From Nitrososphaerota archaeon (GTDB taxonomy: Archaea; Thermoproteota; Nitrososphaeria_A; Caldarchaeales; Wolframiiraptoraceae): a DNA stretch of 24,000 nucleotides. Every line of letters starts with the position of its first letter. The stretch's first letter is position 1. The notes under the pieces were generated by a model, which was not told where the DNA came from, did not search any database, and saw nothing but the letters and a program-made list of their open reading frames with translations. A program made the position numbers and the translations under genes. The DNA lies in assembly GCA_021163925.1 (NCBI GenBank), contig JAGGTD010000006.1, positions 1 through 24,000 on the forward strand, read 5' to 3'. Of the stretch, positions 8,216-16,941 are shown piece by piece.

Positions 8216-9112
8216 ATGATAACGGCTGAAGGTTATAGGAAACTCATTTGGAAGGCGAAGATCAAGTGGCTCATCGGAAACATCATAGTCTACTCGATCG
8301 TCTGCATCCCACTGGTGCCTATAATCCTGATGTACGGGTGGCTAATAGCTCAAGCCTTCAGCGGAGTATGCATCTCAAGCCTAATCCCACAGAAGTTAAC
8401 TCTAAAGAACTTCTATTTCCTAACGGGTCCAATCTATTGGGGTGGAACGCCGCTCTATAAGAGCTATTGGCCGCTGGTCCGAAATACCTTGCTCCTCGCA
8501 TTGGGAACGACGGGGCTGGTGGTTGCGATAACCTCACTCGCAGGTTACGCGATATCGAGGTTCGAATTTAAGGGTAGAGACCCACTATTGAAGAGCGTTG
8601 TTGTCGTGCACTCGATTCCGGGAGTCCTATTCCTAATAGCCTTGATGTATATATTAAACACCATAGGACTCTATGGCAAAGGATTCTTAACCCTATTGAG
8701 CGTGATAATAATCAAGGCTGGATTAGAATCCCCGATGTATACTTGGATGCTTAAGGGTTTCTTCGACTCAGTCCCATGGGAGCTTGAGTGGGCGGCTTTA
8801 GTGGACGGGTGTAGCAGGTTCACCGCGTGGAGAAAAGTTGTGATGCCTCTCATCTTTCCAGGGATAGCCGCCGTGAGCATCTTCGCATTCCTATCAGGTT
8901 GGGGAGAGTATCTTCTAGTCCTAACTTACATCACCGATAGGAAGTGGTATACATTGTCGCTTGCCCTAAGTGAGCTGACCTATCAGTTCAAGCACGTCGA
9001 TTATGGAATGCTGGCCGCGTTCTCCCTCCTATACCTCCTGCCAGCGATGATATTCTTCCTGCTCACCCAGAAATACTTGATGACCATGAGGATAGTAGCG
9101 TACAAGGGATGA
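8216..9112 (+). CDS. ABC sugar-type transporter permease (MalG/UgpE-like)
   Basis: Polytopic 298-aa ORF with an EAA-loop motif EWAALVDGCSRFTAWRKVVMPLIFPG. GAGGTG motif 8 nt upstream. Starts 4 nt after the preceding stop. Confidence 0.88.
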   Translation: MITAEGYRKLIWKAKIKWLIGNIIVYSIVCIPLVPIILMYGWLIAQAFSGVCISSLIPQKLTLKNFYFLTGPIYWGGTPLYKSYWPLVRNTLLLALGTTGLVVAITSLAGYAISRFEFKGRDPLLKSVVVVHSIPGVLFLIALMYILNTIGLYGKGFLTLLSVIIIKAGLESPMYTWMLKGFFDSVPWELEWAALVDGCSRFTAWRKVVMPLIFPGIAAVSIFAFLSGWGEYLLVLTYITDRKWYTLSLALSELTYQFKHVDYGMLAAFSLLYLLPAMIFFLLTQKYLMTMRIVAYKG

Positions 9113-9202
9113 GCATTCAACTCATAAAAGAATCTTTCAAAAGATTTTATCCCAAAAAGCTTATATACACTATGGTGAAATGTTAATCTAAGGGGGTAAA
9201 TC

Positions 9203-10327
9203 TTGGTTAAGGTTAAGCTTGAACATCTAACGAAACGTTTCGGCAAAGTTGTGGCGGTTAACGACCTAAACCTTGAGATCAAGGATGGGGAGTTCATGGC
9301 CCTGCTAGGCCCATCTGGATGCGGTAAGACCACGACCATGCTGATGATAGCCGGAATCTATAAGCCCACAAAGGGGCACGTATACTTTAATGATGTGTGC
9401 GTTGACGATCTACCCCCAAAGGATAGGAATGTTGGAATGGTCTTCCAGAGCTATGCCCTCTACCCCCATATGAAAGTCTTCGACAACATAGCATTTCCCC
9501 TGAAATTGAAGAAGCTTCCAAAGGATGAGATTAGGGAGAAGGTTAAGAAGGTCGCAGACTTCCTAGAGATAGGTCATCTATTAGATAGAAAGCCAGCGCA
9601 ACTATCTGGAGGCCAGATGCAGAGGGTTGCCTTGGCTAGGGCCTTGGTCAAGGAGCCTGACATATTCTTGATGGATGAGCCTTTGAGCAACCTAGATGCT
9701 AAGCTAAGGGTTGTGATGAGGGCTGAGATTAAGAGGCTTCAGAAGAGGCTCGGGATCACGACCATCTACGTCACCCACGACCAAGTCGAGGCCATGACCA
9801 TGGCTGATAGAATCGCTGTATTGAGGGAGGGGGTTTTACAGCAATGCGCTGTGCCGGATGAACTCTACCTCAAACCCAGAAACATGTTTGTCGGAGGCTT
9901 CATCGGAAGCCCGCCCATGAACTTCCTAGACTGTTCACTGGTCGAGGAGAACCATGAACACTATCTAGATCTCGGCGTGTTCAAGCTATGGATACCACCG
10001 GATATAGCGGATTTAATCATGAAGAATGCCTCTGGATCTGAGCTCGTGCTCGGGATTAGACCTGAAGACTTGAAGGTCACCCTAACCCTACCTCCGGAGG
10101 CGAAGGAGGCTGGACAGAAGTCGAAGGTCCAGGCGATCAGATCCGAGATCTATGTTCTAGAGCCGCTTGGAAAGGACGTGATAATAAACACAAAGCTTGG
10201 GGACACACTTGTGAAGGTAGTCGCCCCTCCAACGATCAGGCCATCGGTGGGAGAGACTATATGGCTGAACTTCGACCTAGATAAGATGCATGTCTTCGAT
10301 AAGAAGACTGAGCTCGCGGTAGTCTAG
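9203..10327 (+). CDS. ABC transporter ATP-binding protein (MalK/UgpC-like, with C-terminal regulatory/TOBE-like domain)
   Basis: Walker A GPSGCGKTT, Q-loop MVFQSYALYP, signature LSGGQMQRVALARAL, Walker B IFLMDEPLSNLD, H-loop YVTHD. 374 aa. Confidence 0.93.
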   Translation: MVKVKLEHLTKRFGKVVAVNDLNLEIKDGEFMALLGPSGCGKTTTMLMIAGIYKPTKGHVYFNDVCVDDLPPKDRNVGMVFQSYALYPHMKVFDNIAFPLKLKKLPKDEIREKVKKVADFLEIGHLLDRKPAQLSGGQMQRVALARALVKEPDIFLMDEPLSNLDAKLRVVMRAEIKRLQKRLGITTIYVTHDQVEAMTMADRIAVLREGVLQQCAVPDELYLKPRNMFVGGFIGSPPMNFLDCSLVEENHEHYLDLGVFKLWIPPDIADLIMKNASGSELVLGIRPEDLKVTLTLPPEAKEAGQKSKVQAIRSEIYVLEPLGKDVIINTKLGDTLVKVVAPPTIRPSVGETIWLNFDLDKMHVFDKKTELAVV

Positions 10328-10393
10328 CATCAATCACCCAAGCATCTTTACCTCCAAAATACATATTTTAATAAGCCGTCGAAACTAGAGAAT

Positions 10394-11380
10394 ATGAGCG
10401 GGCAGATAAATTTCGGACTCATTGGGGCTGGGAGGATAGGTGCCTTCCATGCGAGAAACATAAAGCAATATACGGATGCCAAGATCTACGCCGTAGCCGA
10501 CGTGGTTAGGGAGGCGGCTGACAGGCTTGCGAGGGAGGTTGGAGCCGAGAAAACATACTACTCACCCGAGGATCTGATCAAGGATGAGCGCGTCGATGCG
10601 ATCGTCATCTGCCTCCCAAATAATCTACATTATCAGGTCTCGATGATGGCCATCGAAGCCGGGAAGCATGTCTTCTGCGAGAAGCCGCTATGCCTCAAGT
10701 CGAGTGAGGCGGAGGACTTGGTGAGGAGGGTTAGGAAGGCTGGAGTGAAGTTTCAGGTCGGATACAATAGAAGATTCGATAAATCCTATGAGAATGTGAA
10801 GAAGCTCATCGAAGATGGGGATCTGGGAAGACTTGTGCTGGCATACTCCAATACATTCGACCCAGAGCCTCATAGTGGCTGGGAGGCGAATGAGAAGCTC
10901 AGCGGAGGCATCTTATTTACAACATGTAGCCACGACTTCGACATGCTCTACTGGCTGATAGGATCTAGGGTGAGGAGAGTTTACACAGAGTCTAGGGGCG
11001 CGTTTGGGAGAGATCAATATCTTATGAGTCTCCTATCTTTCGAGAATGATGTTCTAGGAGTCGTGAGCGTCTTCGAAGCATGTCCATATGGCCATGACGT
11101 TAAGACGGAGATAATAGGGGATAAGGCCTCCATCAGGATAGAGATGCCCGCGGCAACTTACTTCAAGAAATTTGATAAGAATGGGGTCCACACGGACTAC
11201 CCATATTGGTTCCTAGATAGGTTCGGCCACTCATACATTAAGGAGATCCAGGATTTCGTGCGCTGCATTAAGGAGGATAAGGAGCCGAGGGTGACGGTCG
11301 AGGATGGAGCACATGTTGTGAAGATCTGCGAGGCCGCGAGGGAGTCTCTGCTGAAGAGGATGCCCATAGATATCGGATGA
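10394..11380 (+). CDS. iolG: Gfo/Idh/MocA-family NAD(P) oxidoreductase (IolG-like myo-inositol 2-dehydrogenase candidate)
   Basis: N-terminal Rossmann motif INFGLIGAGRIGAFHA, the EKPL motif (FCEKPLCL), and GYNRRFD. 328 aa. The specific assignment rests on context with IolM/IolN/IolO-like genes. Confidence 0.75.
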   Translation: MSGQINFGLIGAGRIGAFHARNIKQYTDAKIYAVADVVREAADRLAREVGAEKTYYSPEDLIKDERVDAIVICLPNNLHYQVSMMAIEAGKHVFCEKPLCLKSSEAEDLVRRVRKAGVKFQVGYNRRFDKSYENVKKLIEDGDLGRLVLAYSNTFDPEPHSGWEANEKLSGGILFTTCSHDFDMLYWLIGSRVRRVYTESRGAFGRDQYLMSLLSFENDVLGVVSVFEACPYGHDVKTEIIGDKASIRIEMPAATYFKKFDKNGVHTDYPYWFLDRFGHSYIKEIQDFVRCIKEDKEPRVTVEDGAHVVKICEAARESLLKRMPIDIG

Positions 11381-11491
11381 GCTCGGCGAATCCTCAAGAG
11401 ATCGCATCAACTGCTTTATCGATAAAAGGGAGGGTGAGCCCGGCCCTTCGGCCATCAAATTAACCTTAAATTATGCAAGCACAAGCTATCC

Positions 11492-12703
11492 ATGATGCCT
11501 ATGGAGAAGGATATGCTTGCAGCGGTCTTACATGCAAAATGGGATCCGAGGCCGGAGTATAAGCCCACGCCGAGAGACATTGAAGGAAGATTAACCTACC
11601 TCGGATCGATGGTTTGGAGATATCCCGAGCTCAAGCTTGAGCGTAAGCCGATTCCGAGGATTAGGGATGATGAGGTCCTGATAAGGGTTAGGGCATGCGG
11701 GATCTGCGGATCCGACATACACATGTATGAGAAGGATGAGGATGGATACATCCTATATCCTGGATTGACGGCCTTCCCAGTGGTAATAGGCCACGAATTT
11801 TCCGGGGAGATAGTTGAGGTCGGGGACAAGGCATACGACGCCAAGGGTAAGAAGTTTGAGGTTGGAGAGCCCGTCTGCGCTGAGGAGATGATTTGGTGCG
11901 GATATTGTCGAGCATGTAGGGACGGCTATCCAAACCATTGCGTAAACCTCCAAGAACTCGGATTCACCATAGATGGAGCACATGCGGAATATGTTAAGGT
12001 GACTGCGAGACACTGCTGGTCGATAAGGGAGATAATCGATAGACTTGGGGAGGAGAAGGGGTTTGAGGCTGGAGCATTGGTCGAGCCCACATCGGTAGCC
12101 TATAACGCGATATTTGAGAGGGCTGGAGGATTTAGGCCGGGAGCCTATGTCGTCGTCTTTGGAGCAGGGCCGATAGGATTGGCTGCGACGGCGTTGGCTA
12201 AGGCGGCTGGGGCGGCGAAGGTGATAGTCTCAGAGATCTATGATAAGAGGCTTGAACTTGCTAAGCTCGTCGGCGCCGATGAGCTGATAAATCCGACAAG
12301 GCTTAACGAGCCTGTCGAGAACAAGATCTTGGAGCTCACGGACGGAGAGGGCGCGGACATGTATGTGGAGGCCGCCGGAGCCTTTAACAAGACTTGGCCA
12401 ACAATTGAGAGATGTATCTGGGAAGGCAGTAAGATTAACGCTAAGGTCGCGGCGATAGGTAGGGCTGCTGGACACGTTCCGATCTGGTTTGAGGTTCTTC
12501 AGGTTAGGAGGGCTCAGGTATTCGGATCTCAGGGGCATTCTGGGCATGGGATATTCCCATCAGTCATAAGGTTGATGGCGTCAGAGAGAATAGATATGAC
12601 GAGGATGATCACCGCCAGATTCCCGCTGGAGAAGGCGGTAGATGCGTTCAAGCTGATAAGTGAGCATAGGGACGAGCACGCGAAGATCCTTATAAAGCCA
12701 TAA
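11492..12703 (+). CDS. iolM: Zn-dependent medium-chain dehydrogenase, long form (IolM-like scyllo-inosose 3-dehydrogenase candidate)
   Basis: GICGSDIHMY and GHEFSGEIVEVG (catalytic Zn), CGYCRACRDGYPNHC (structural Zn), Rossmann motif VVFGAGPIGLAA. 403 aa with a ~60-aa N-terminal extension. The specific function is inferred from context. Confidence 0.7.
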   Translation: MMPMEKDMLAAVLHAKWDPRPEYKPTPRDIEGRLTYLGSMVWRYPELKLERKPIPRIRDDEVLIRVRACGICGSDIHMYEKDEDGYILYPGLTAFPVVIGHEFSGEIVEVGDKAYDAKGKKFEVGEPVCAEEMIWCGYCRACRDGYPNHCVNLQELGFTIDGAHAEYVKVTARHCWSIREIIDRLGEEKGFEAGALVEPTSVAYNAIFERAGGFRPGAYVVVFGAGPIGLAATALAKAAGAAKVIVSEIYDKRLELAKLVGADELINPTRLNEPVENKILELTDGEGADMYVEAAGAFNKTWPTIERCIWEGSKINAKVAAIGRAAGHVPIWFEVLQVRRAQVFGSQGHSGHGIFPSVIRLMASERIDMTRMITARFPLEKAVDAFKLISEHRDEHAKILIKP

Positions 12704-12788
12704 CACATCCTTCAATTTTTGACGCTTATGGCCTTCATCTCGATCTTTCGAAAATATTAATTAACTCGACCTAGGGAGTATATGTGAG

Positions 12789-13925
12789 GTGATCTACTTG
12801 TCCGAGGTTAAGAGAGTTGTTGATAAGACCGGGAAAGCTTGGTTCGTCACCGAACATCCAGCGATCTTCTTCGAGGACAACACGGTTGGGAGATTGAAGA
12901 AGGAGATCTGGGAGGCATCCGATGAGGAGATAGATAGAATCTTGGAGGAGTATGGCATACCGTCACCGCCCGAACTCGGAAAGCCCGGAACCTATATCCA
13001 AACGACCCCGAGGCATAAGGTGATCGAGAATAGGAGGAAGAACGATATAGTGTTCATCCCCGTTGGAAGCACCGAGGTCCATGGGATGCACTCAGTCTCA
13101 GGCCACGACACACTTCAGGTCACTCAGATAATCGAGGCTGTGAGGAGATACACGGAGAGGAAGGGGAGGCCTGTAAACCTCGTCTGGCCGATAGTCTATG
13201 GAAGCCATCCATATCACCATATCGGAATCCCCGGAAACATAATCTTGCCCGAGACCGTTCTCAGGGAGACCCTGATAGCCGTGATGCTCGGATTATGGAA
13301 TGATGGATTCAGGAAGCAGATAATAATCAGCAACCACGGCCATCAATGGGTCTTAAAATCAGCCCTACATGAATTCATGTACCGCTACCAGCTACCGGGA
13401 ATCTATCAGATCCTCGACTGGCATAGAGCCGTGAGGGAATTCTTCATCCCAACCGGTAGGAAGGATAGTTTTGAGACGAACTTCATCCACGCCGCTGAAG
13501 CCGAGACCTCCCTAGGCCTACTACTATTCCCGAAGGAGATGATAGACATGAGCTACGCGAAGGATGCTTTCGGAAAATCGTATCTCCCAGAGGGACACTT
13601 CGACCTATCAGTCGAGCCGTATAGGAGGCCGCATAGATGGTCTGAGGGCGAGGGGCATATGGCGATAGAGCTTAAGGCGACTCCCATAGGTAATGTTGGG
13701 AGACCGACGCTCGCGAAGGCTGAGAAGGCTAAGAGACCTGTCGCCGCGATCCTAAGATACCTGACCTTACTGATAGATCAGATCCTAGAGGCGTTTCCGC
13801 CTGGAAAGGTTCCGCCGGTTGAGGAGGTAACCCTGAGAACTAGGGAGGAGATGGAGCCATATCTTAAAGAGCCTGGAAGTGAGGGCTGGAAATCCGTGTA
13901 CTCCCTGCCGATATACAGGATCTAA
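12789..13925 (+). CDS. iolN: Creatininase-superfamily metal hydrolase, long form (IolN-like 3-dehydro-scyllo-inosose hydrolase candidate)
   Basis: Family blocks VFIPVGSTEVHGMH, ISNHGHQW and HAAEAETS. 378 aa against ~260 aa for classical creatininase. The possible real start is TTG 12798, 5-6 nt after GAGGTGA. The stop overlaps the stop of the convergent gene by 4 nt. Confidence 0.65.
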   Translation: MIYLSEVKRVVDKTGKAWFVTEHPAIFFEDNTVGRLKKEIWEASDEEIDRILEEYGIPSPPELGKPGTYIQTTPRHKVIENRRKNDIVFIPVGSTEVHGMHSVSGHDTLQVTQIIEAVRRYTERKGRPVNLVWPIVYGSHPYHHIGIPGNIILPETVLRETLIAVMLGLWNDGFRKQIIISNHGHQWVLKSALHEFMYRYQLPGIYQILDWHRAVREFFIPTGRKDSFETNFIHAAEAETSLGLLLFPKEMIDMSYAKDAFGKSYLPEGHFDLSVEPYRRPHRWSEGEGHMAIELKATPIGNVGRPTLAKAEKAKRPVAAILRYLTLLIDQILEAFPPGKVPPVEEVTLRTREEMEPYLKEPGSEGWKSVYSLPIYRI

Positions 13926-14755
13926 ACCAACTTTTTTATTTGATTTATCGCCTGCCTCGCAGCGGAGAATTGGTCTGGGATTGGGAGTATCTCAAATGAT
14001 ATGGTTCCATCATATCCTATCTCCTTGAGCACGCCTACTATCTCCTTGAAATTTATATGGCCTGACCCAGGTGCCTGTCTATTGCTGTCAGAGAAGTGTA
14101 GATATGCGAGGTGGTGTCTAGCTTTTCTAATGGCCTCTGGGATGCTTCTCTCCTCGATATTCATGTGAAAGGTGTCGGCTAAGAGCTTCAATGCCCCAGA
14201 CCCTATCTCCCTAATCAGCTTAACCCCCTCATCCAGCCTATTCACTATATTCGACTCATATCTATTCAGGGGTTCAAGCAAGATGTGTATCCCAGCCCTC
14301 TCAGCCTCCCTCGAACATCTCTCAAGACAACTCCTCAAATTATTCCAGCCATCTCGATATGATCCCTCAAACCTTCCCTTAACCGATCCTATGATTACAT
14401 CTGCTTCAAGTTCTTCCGCGAGCCTAATGTATCGAATTATCCTGTCGACGGCCTTCTCCCTAATCTCTGGACTTGGAGACGTGAAGCTTAAGCCGAACTT
14501 CGTATAGGTTAAGCCAGTCCCAATCGCGGTAACCCTTAGCCCATGTTTAGAGACCTTCTCCTTAACCTCTTTAAGCGGCATACTATAGGGATCCTCGACG
14601 AAGAGCTCCACGCCATCATAGCCTAGTTCATAAATCCTTGAGATGTTCTCATCGAAATCTCCGCCAAGTCCTAGAGGCTGAACATCTGTCTCCGGAGAAG
14701 CGATAACGATTGAAAACGTGAAACTCATTACCTCAGCCTCGAAGAGTGCTCGCAA
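13922..14755 (-). CDS. iolO: Xylose-isomerase-like TIM-barrel protein (IolO-like 5-keto-L-gluconate epimerase candidate)
   Basis: Barrel metal-site blocks ILLEPLNRYES, LLADTFHMNIEE, LHFSDSNRQAPGSGHINF and ISFEILP. The C-terminal half closely resembles my recollection of T. maritima TM0416. The likely true start is ATG 14728 (MSFTFSIVIAS), ~30 nt from a TTTAAATTT box. Confidence 0.65.
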   Translation of the reverse strand: MRALFEAEVMSFTFSIVIASPETDVQPLGLGGDFDENISRIYELGYDGVELFVEDPYSMPLKEVKEKVSKHGLRVTAIGTGLTYTKFGLSFTSPSPEIREKAVDRIIRYIRLAEELEADVIIGSVKGRFEGSYRDGWNNLRSCLERCSREAERAGIHILLEPLNRYESNIVNRLDEGVKLIREIGSGALKLLADTFHMNIEERSIPEAIRKARHHLAYLHFSDSNRQAPGSGHINFKEIVGVLKEIGYDGTISFEILPIPDQFSAARQAINQIKKLV

Positions 14756-14811
14756 AATTTAAACATGAGGTTCAAATATACTTAAATACAGCTTGAATAG
14801 CCGATAGTCTG
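14756..14811. promoter_or_regulatory. Divergent promoter region (IolO-like gene leftward; TAL-like/UxaE operon rightward)
   Basis: A/T-rich 56-nt spacer AAATTTAAACATGAGGTTCAAATATACTTAAATACAG, with TATA-like boxes placed 25-35 nt from ATG 14728 (minus) and ATG 14812 (plus). Confidence 0.55.
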
Positions 14812-16941
14812 ATGGAGTTCAAGGAGATTATCTTCAAATCTAGGCCAGCTGAGCTCCCATCGCCTCCAAGAAGTTTAGATCACGCCGATCACGTGGTCTC
14901 GGTTGGATTGGCTGGCCACACGAAGCTTGCCGCCGATCATCTCCTAAATAGGGAGATGGTTGGAAACCTCGTCAATGCGATTAGAGATATCCTCCGGAGA
15001 TTCAACCTGATCTTCAGGGCGAGCGTCGGAACAGGTGAGAAAGCGGTTCTAAACCGCTCAAGAATCTATGAGACCGTGGCTCAGCTCGCATTAAACCTAA
15101 TCGGCGTTGAGAAGAAGTGGATAGGCTTCTCAGAGGATGAGGTGGAGACCTCGTTGACGAAGATCTTGAACGCTATTAGAGAGTGGGAGGAGGTCGAGAG
15201 AAATGAATTTGGAGATCACCCAATATCGAAGGCGACGGTTGAAAAGATCTTATCTGAGCTGAAGAAGGTGATGTCAGGATACTATAGACCACCGGGATCT
15301 ATGTGTTCTAAGATGGCTCAGGAGATCGAGGAAAAGATGAATTGGGATAACCCGGTGTCGAGCTTCATCAACGTCGCCAAGGAGGTGATTCAAAACAATA
15401 TCTACTATAGGATGAGCATGGATGGATACTGTAAGTTCGGAAACGATTACGCGCTAGGGCTTAGATGGGTTAGGCATCTAGGATATGTTCAGGTCTCAAC
15501 GAATCCGACTCTCGCCGCGGTGGCATATGATGACGATCCAACCCTCTGGGATGGATTCATGGATGAGAGCTTCTGCCAAGACCTTAAGACCGTTGTGATG
15601 AAGTATCCGGAGTGGATTAAAAACCCGGAGAAGTATGCGGATGAGCTCGCGATGAAGGCCACGGAGCTCTCAATCTTCCCCAACCTAGCGGTCTTTAGGC
15701 CTATCGCGATCGCATCGGACTTCTATCATGGCCTCGTCAGCCTCCAATTAAATCCATATGTCACGAAGAACGTTGAGAATAGCGTCAAGCAGGCCATGCA
15801 GATCTACATGGATGCCGAGGAGTTTCTGAAGAGATATGATGAATACCTGCTCTGGGGATATTCGAATCAGGTTTGGAGGGGTAGGCCGAACATAGTCTTC
15901 AAGGTTACCGGGGACAGCCCCGCGGCAATAGACATAACGTCCATCTTGGAGAGCATGGGGATCGGGACAAACAACACGGTTACGTTTACAGTTGCTCAAG
16001 AAACAACCCTGATCCTAGCGAAGATCGAGGGTAGGGCTAAAGCAGTCAAGCTCGGAATTCTCCCTACGATGTGCTATGAGACCACGATGGGCGGGAGATT
16101 AGATGATCACATAAGGGAGGTTCAGGCCGAAGCCTTGCTCAAGAGAGCCGTAGAGAGAGCTGGAGAGGGATGCATCAAAGAGCTTGCGGAGAAGCTAGGC
16201 GCATGGGATAAGATCAAGGATCTACCCACAGAGGAGAAGATCAGGGTTGTTTGTAGTAGGAGGTACTTGAGACCCATGAATAAGAGGCCATTTGCGGAAG
16301 TGTTGGCGAAGGCCGGCGTCGTTGAGGGCGGGGTAGATGAGGCTCAGAAATACCTAGATAGACTTGAACATGACGTAGGCCACGCCGGGATAGAGGTTAC
16401 CCACAGGGTCTACAAGATATTCTTCAGCCCGGAGAACAAGCCCAAGTGGATCAAGTACATTATGTCGAAGTATGGTTTGAGCGAGGATGAGGCGAGAGAG
16501 GTATTGGATAGAATAGATGTCCTACCCGCCTCGAAGAGGAAGCCCATAGACACGCTCCTAACCCTAGCCTGGATGAATATGACGAACACGGAGTTCCCAA
16601 ACCATCAGACAAACGTCTTAATGTTCAGTAGGAGGCCGGACTTCAGGATGGAGGATTATAGAGACTCCGTCTTAAAGGAGATAGATCAGTCGATAATCCA
16701 TAGATTGACCGAGGAGTATCAAGATATAAGGGAAGATTGTAGAGCTGCTCTTGAGCTGAATCCAGAGCTCATAGAGAGGTTGAGGGAGGCCGGAGTAGAA
16801 GTAAACTTTGGGACTAGGGGTCACCTGCCCAAGGATTGGCCTCAATTCGGATCCGTCGTTAAGACCATGGACGAGTTCACGAGATCCTACACGAGGTTCA
16901 GGGAGAGGGTAGTGGAGTTTGTCAAGAAGCTGTCAAGCTGA
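14812..16941 (+). CDS. Transaldolase/fructose-6-phosphate-aldolase (TAL/FSA) family protein of unusual size (709 aa) with unassigned N- and C-terminal regions
   Basis: Core residues ~205-440 carry VSTNP (229-232), VSLQLNP (Gln312 at the TalB Glu96 / FSA Gln59 position), FKVT (Lys364, Schiff-base Lys position), GIGTNNTVTFTVAQ (matching GINCNLTLLFSFAQ) and TMGGRLDD (matching SPFVGRILD). I do not recognise the flanking ~200 and ~270 aa. Confidence 0.7.
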   Translation: MEFKEIIFKSRPAELPSPPRSLDHADHVVSVGLAGHTKLAADHLLNREMVGNLVNAIRDILRRFNLIFRASVGTGEKAVLNRSRIYETVAQLALNLIGVEKKWIGFSEDEVETSLTKILNAIREWEEVERNEFGDHPISKATVEKILSELKKVMSGYYRPPGSMCSKMAQEIEEKMNWDNPVSSFINVAKEVIQNNIYYRMSMDGYCKFGNDYALGLRWVRHLGYVQVSTNPTLAAVAYDDDPTLWDGFMDESFCQDLKTVVMKYPEWIKNPEKYADELAMKATELSIFPNLAVFRPIAIASDFYHGLVSLQLNPYVTKNVENSVKQAMQIYMDAEEFLKRYDEYLLWGYSNQVWRGRPNIVFKVTGDSPAAIDITSILESMGIGTNNTVTFTVAQETTLILAKIEGRAKAVKLGILPTMCYETTMGGRLDDHIREVQAEALLKRAVERAGEGCIKELAEKLGAWDKIKDLPTEEKIRVVCSRRYLRPMNKRPFAEVLAKAGVVEGGVDEAQKYLDRLEHDVGHAGIEVTHRVYKIFFSPENKPKWIKYIMSKYGLSEDEAREVLDRIDVLPASKRKPIDTLLTLAWMNMTNTEFPNHQTNVLMFSRRPDFRMEDYRDSVLKEIDQSIIHRLTEEYQDIREDCRAALELNPELIERLREAGVEVNFGTRGHLPKDWPQFGSVVKTMDEFTRSYTRFRERVVEFVKKLSS

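Noticed and set aside
3467-13925. Radical SAM/SPASM enzyme plus creatininase-family protein as a mycofactocin-like RiPP system (MftC/MftE analogy).
   Set aside because: The two genes are 8 kb apart, on opposite strands and in different transcription units. There is no precursor or MftB-like gene. The creatininase homologue sits inside a coherent IolG/IolM/IolO context.
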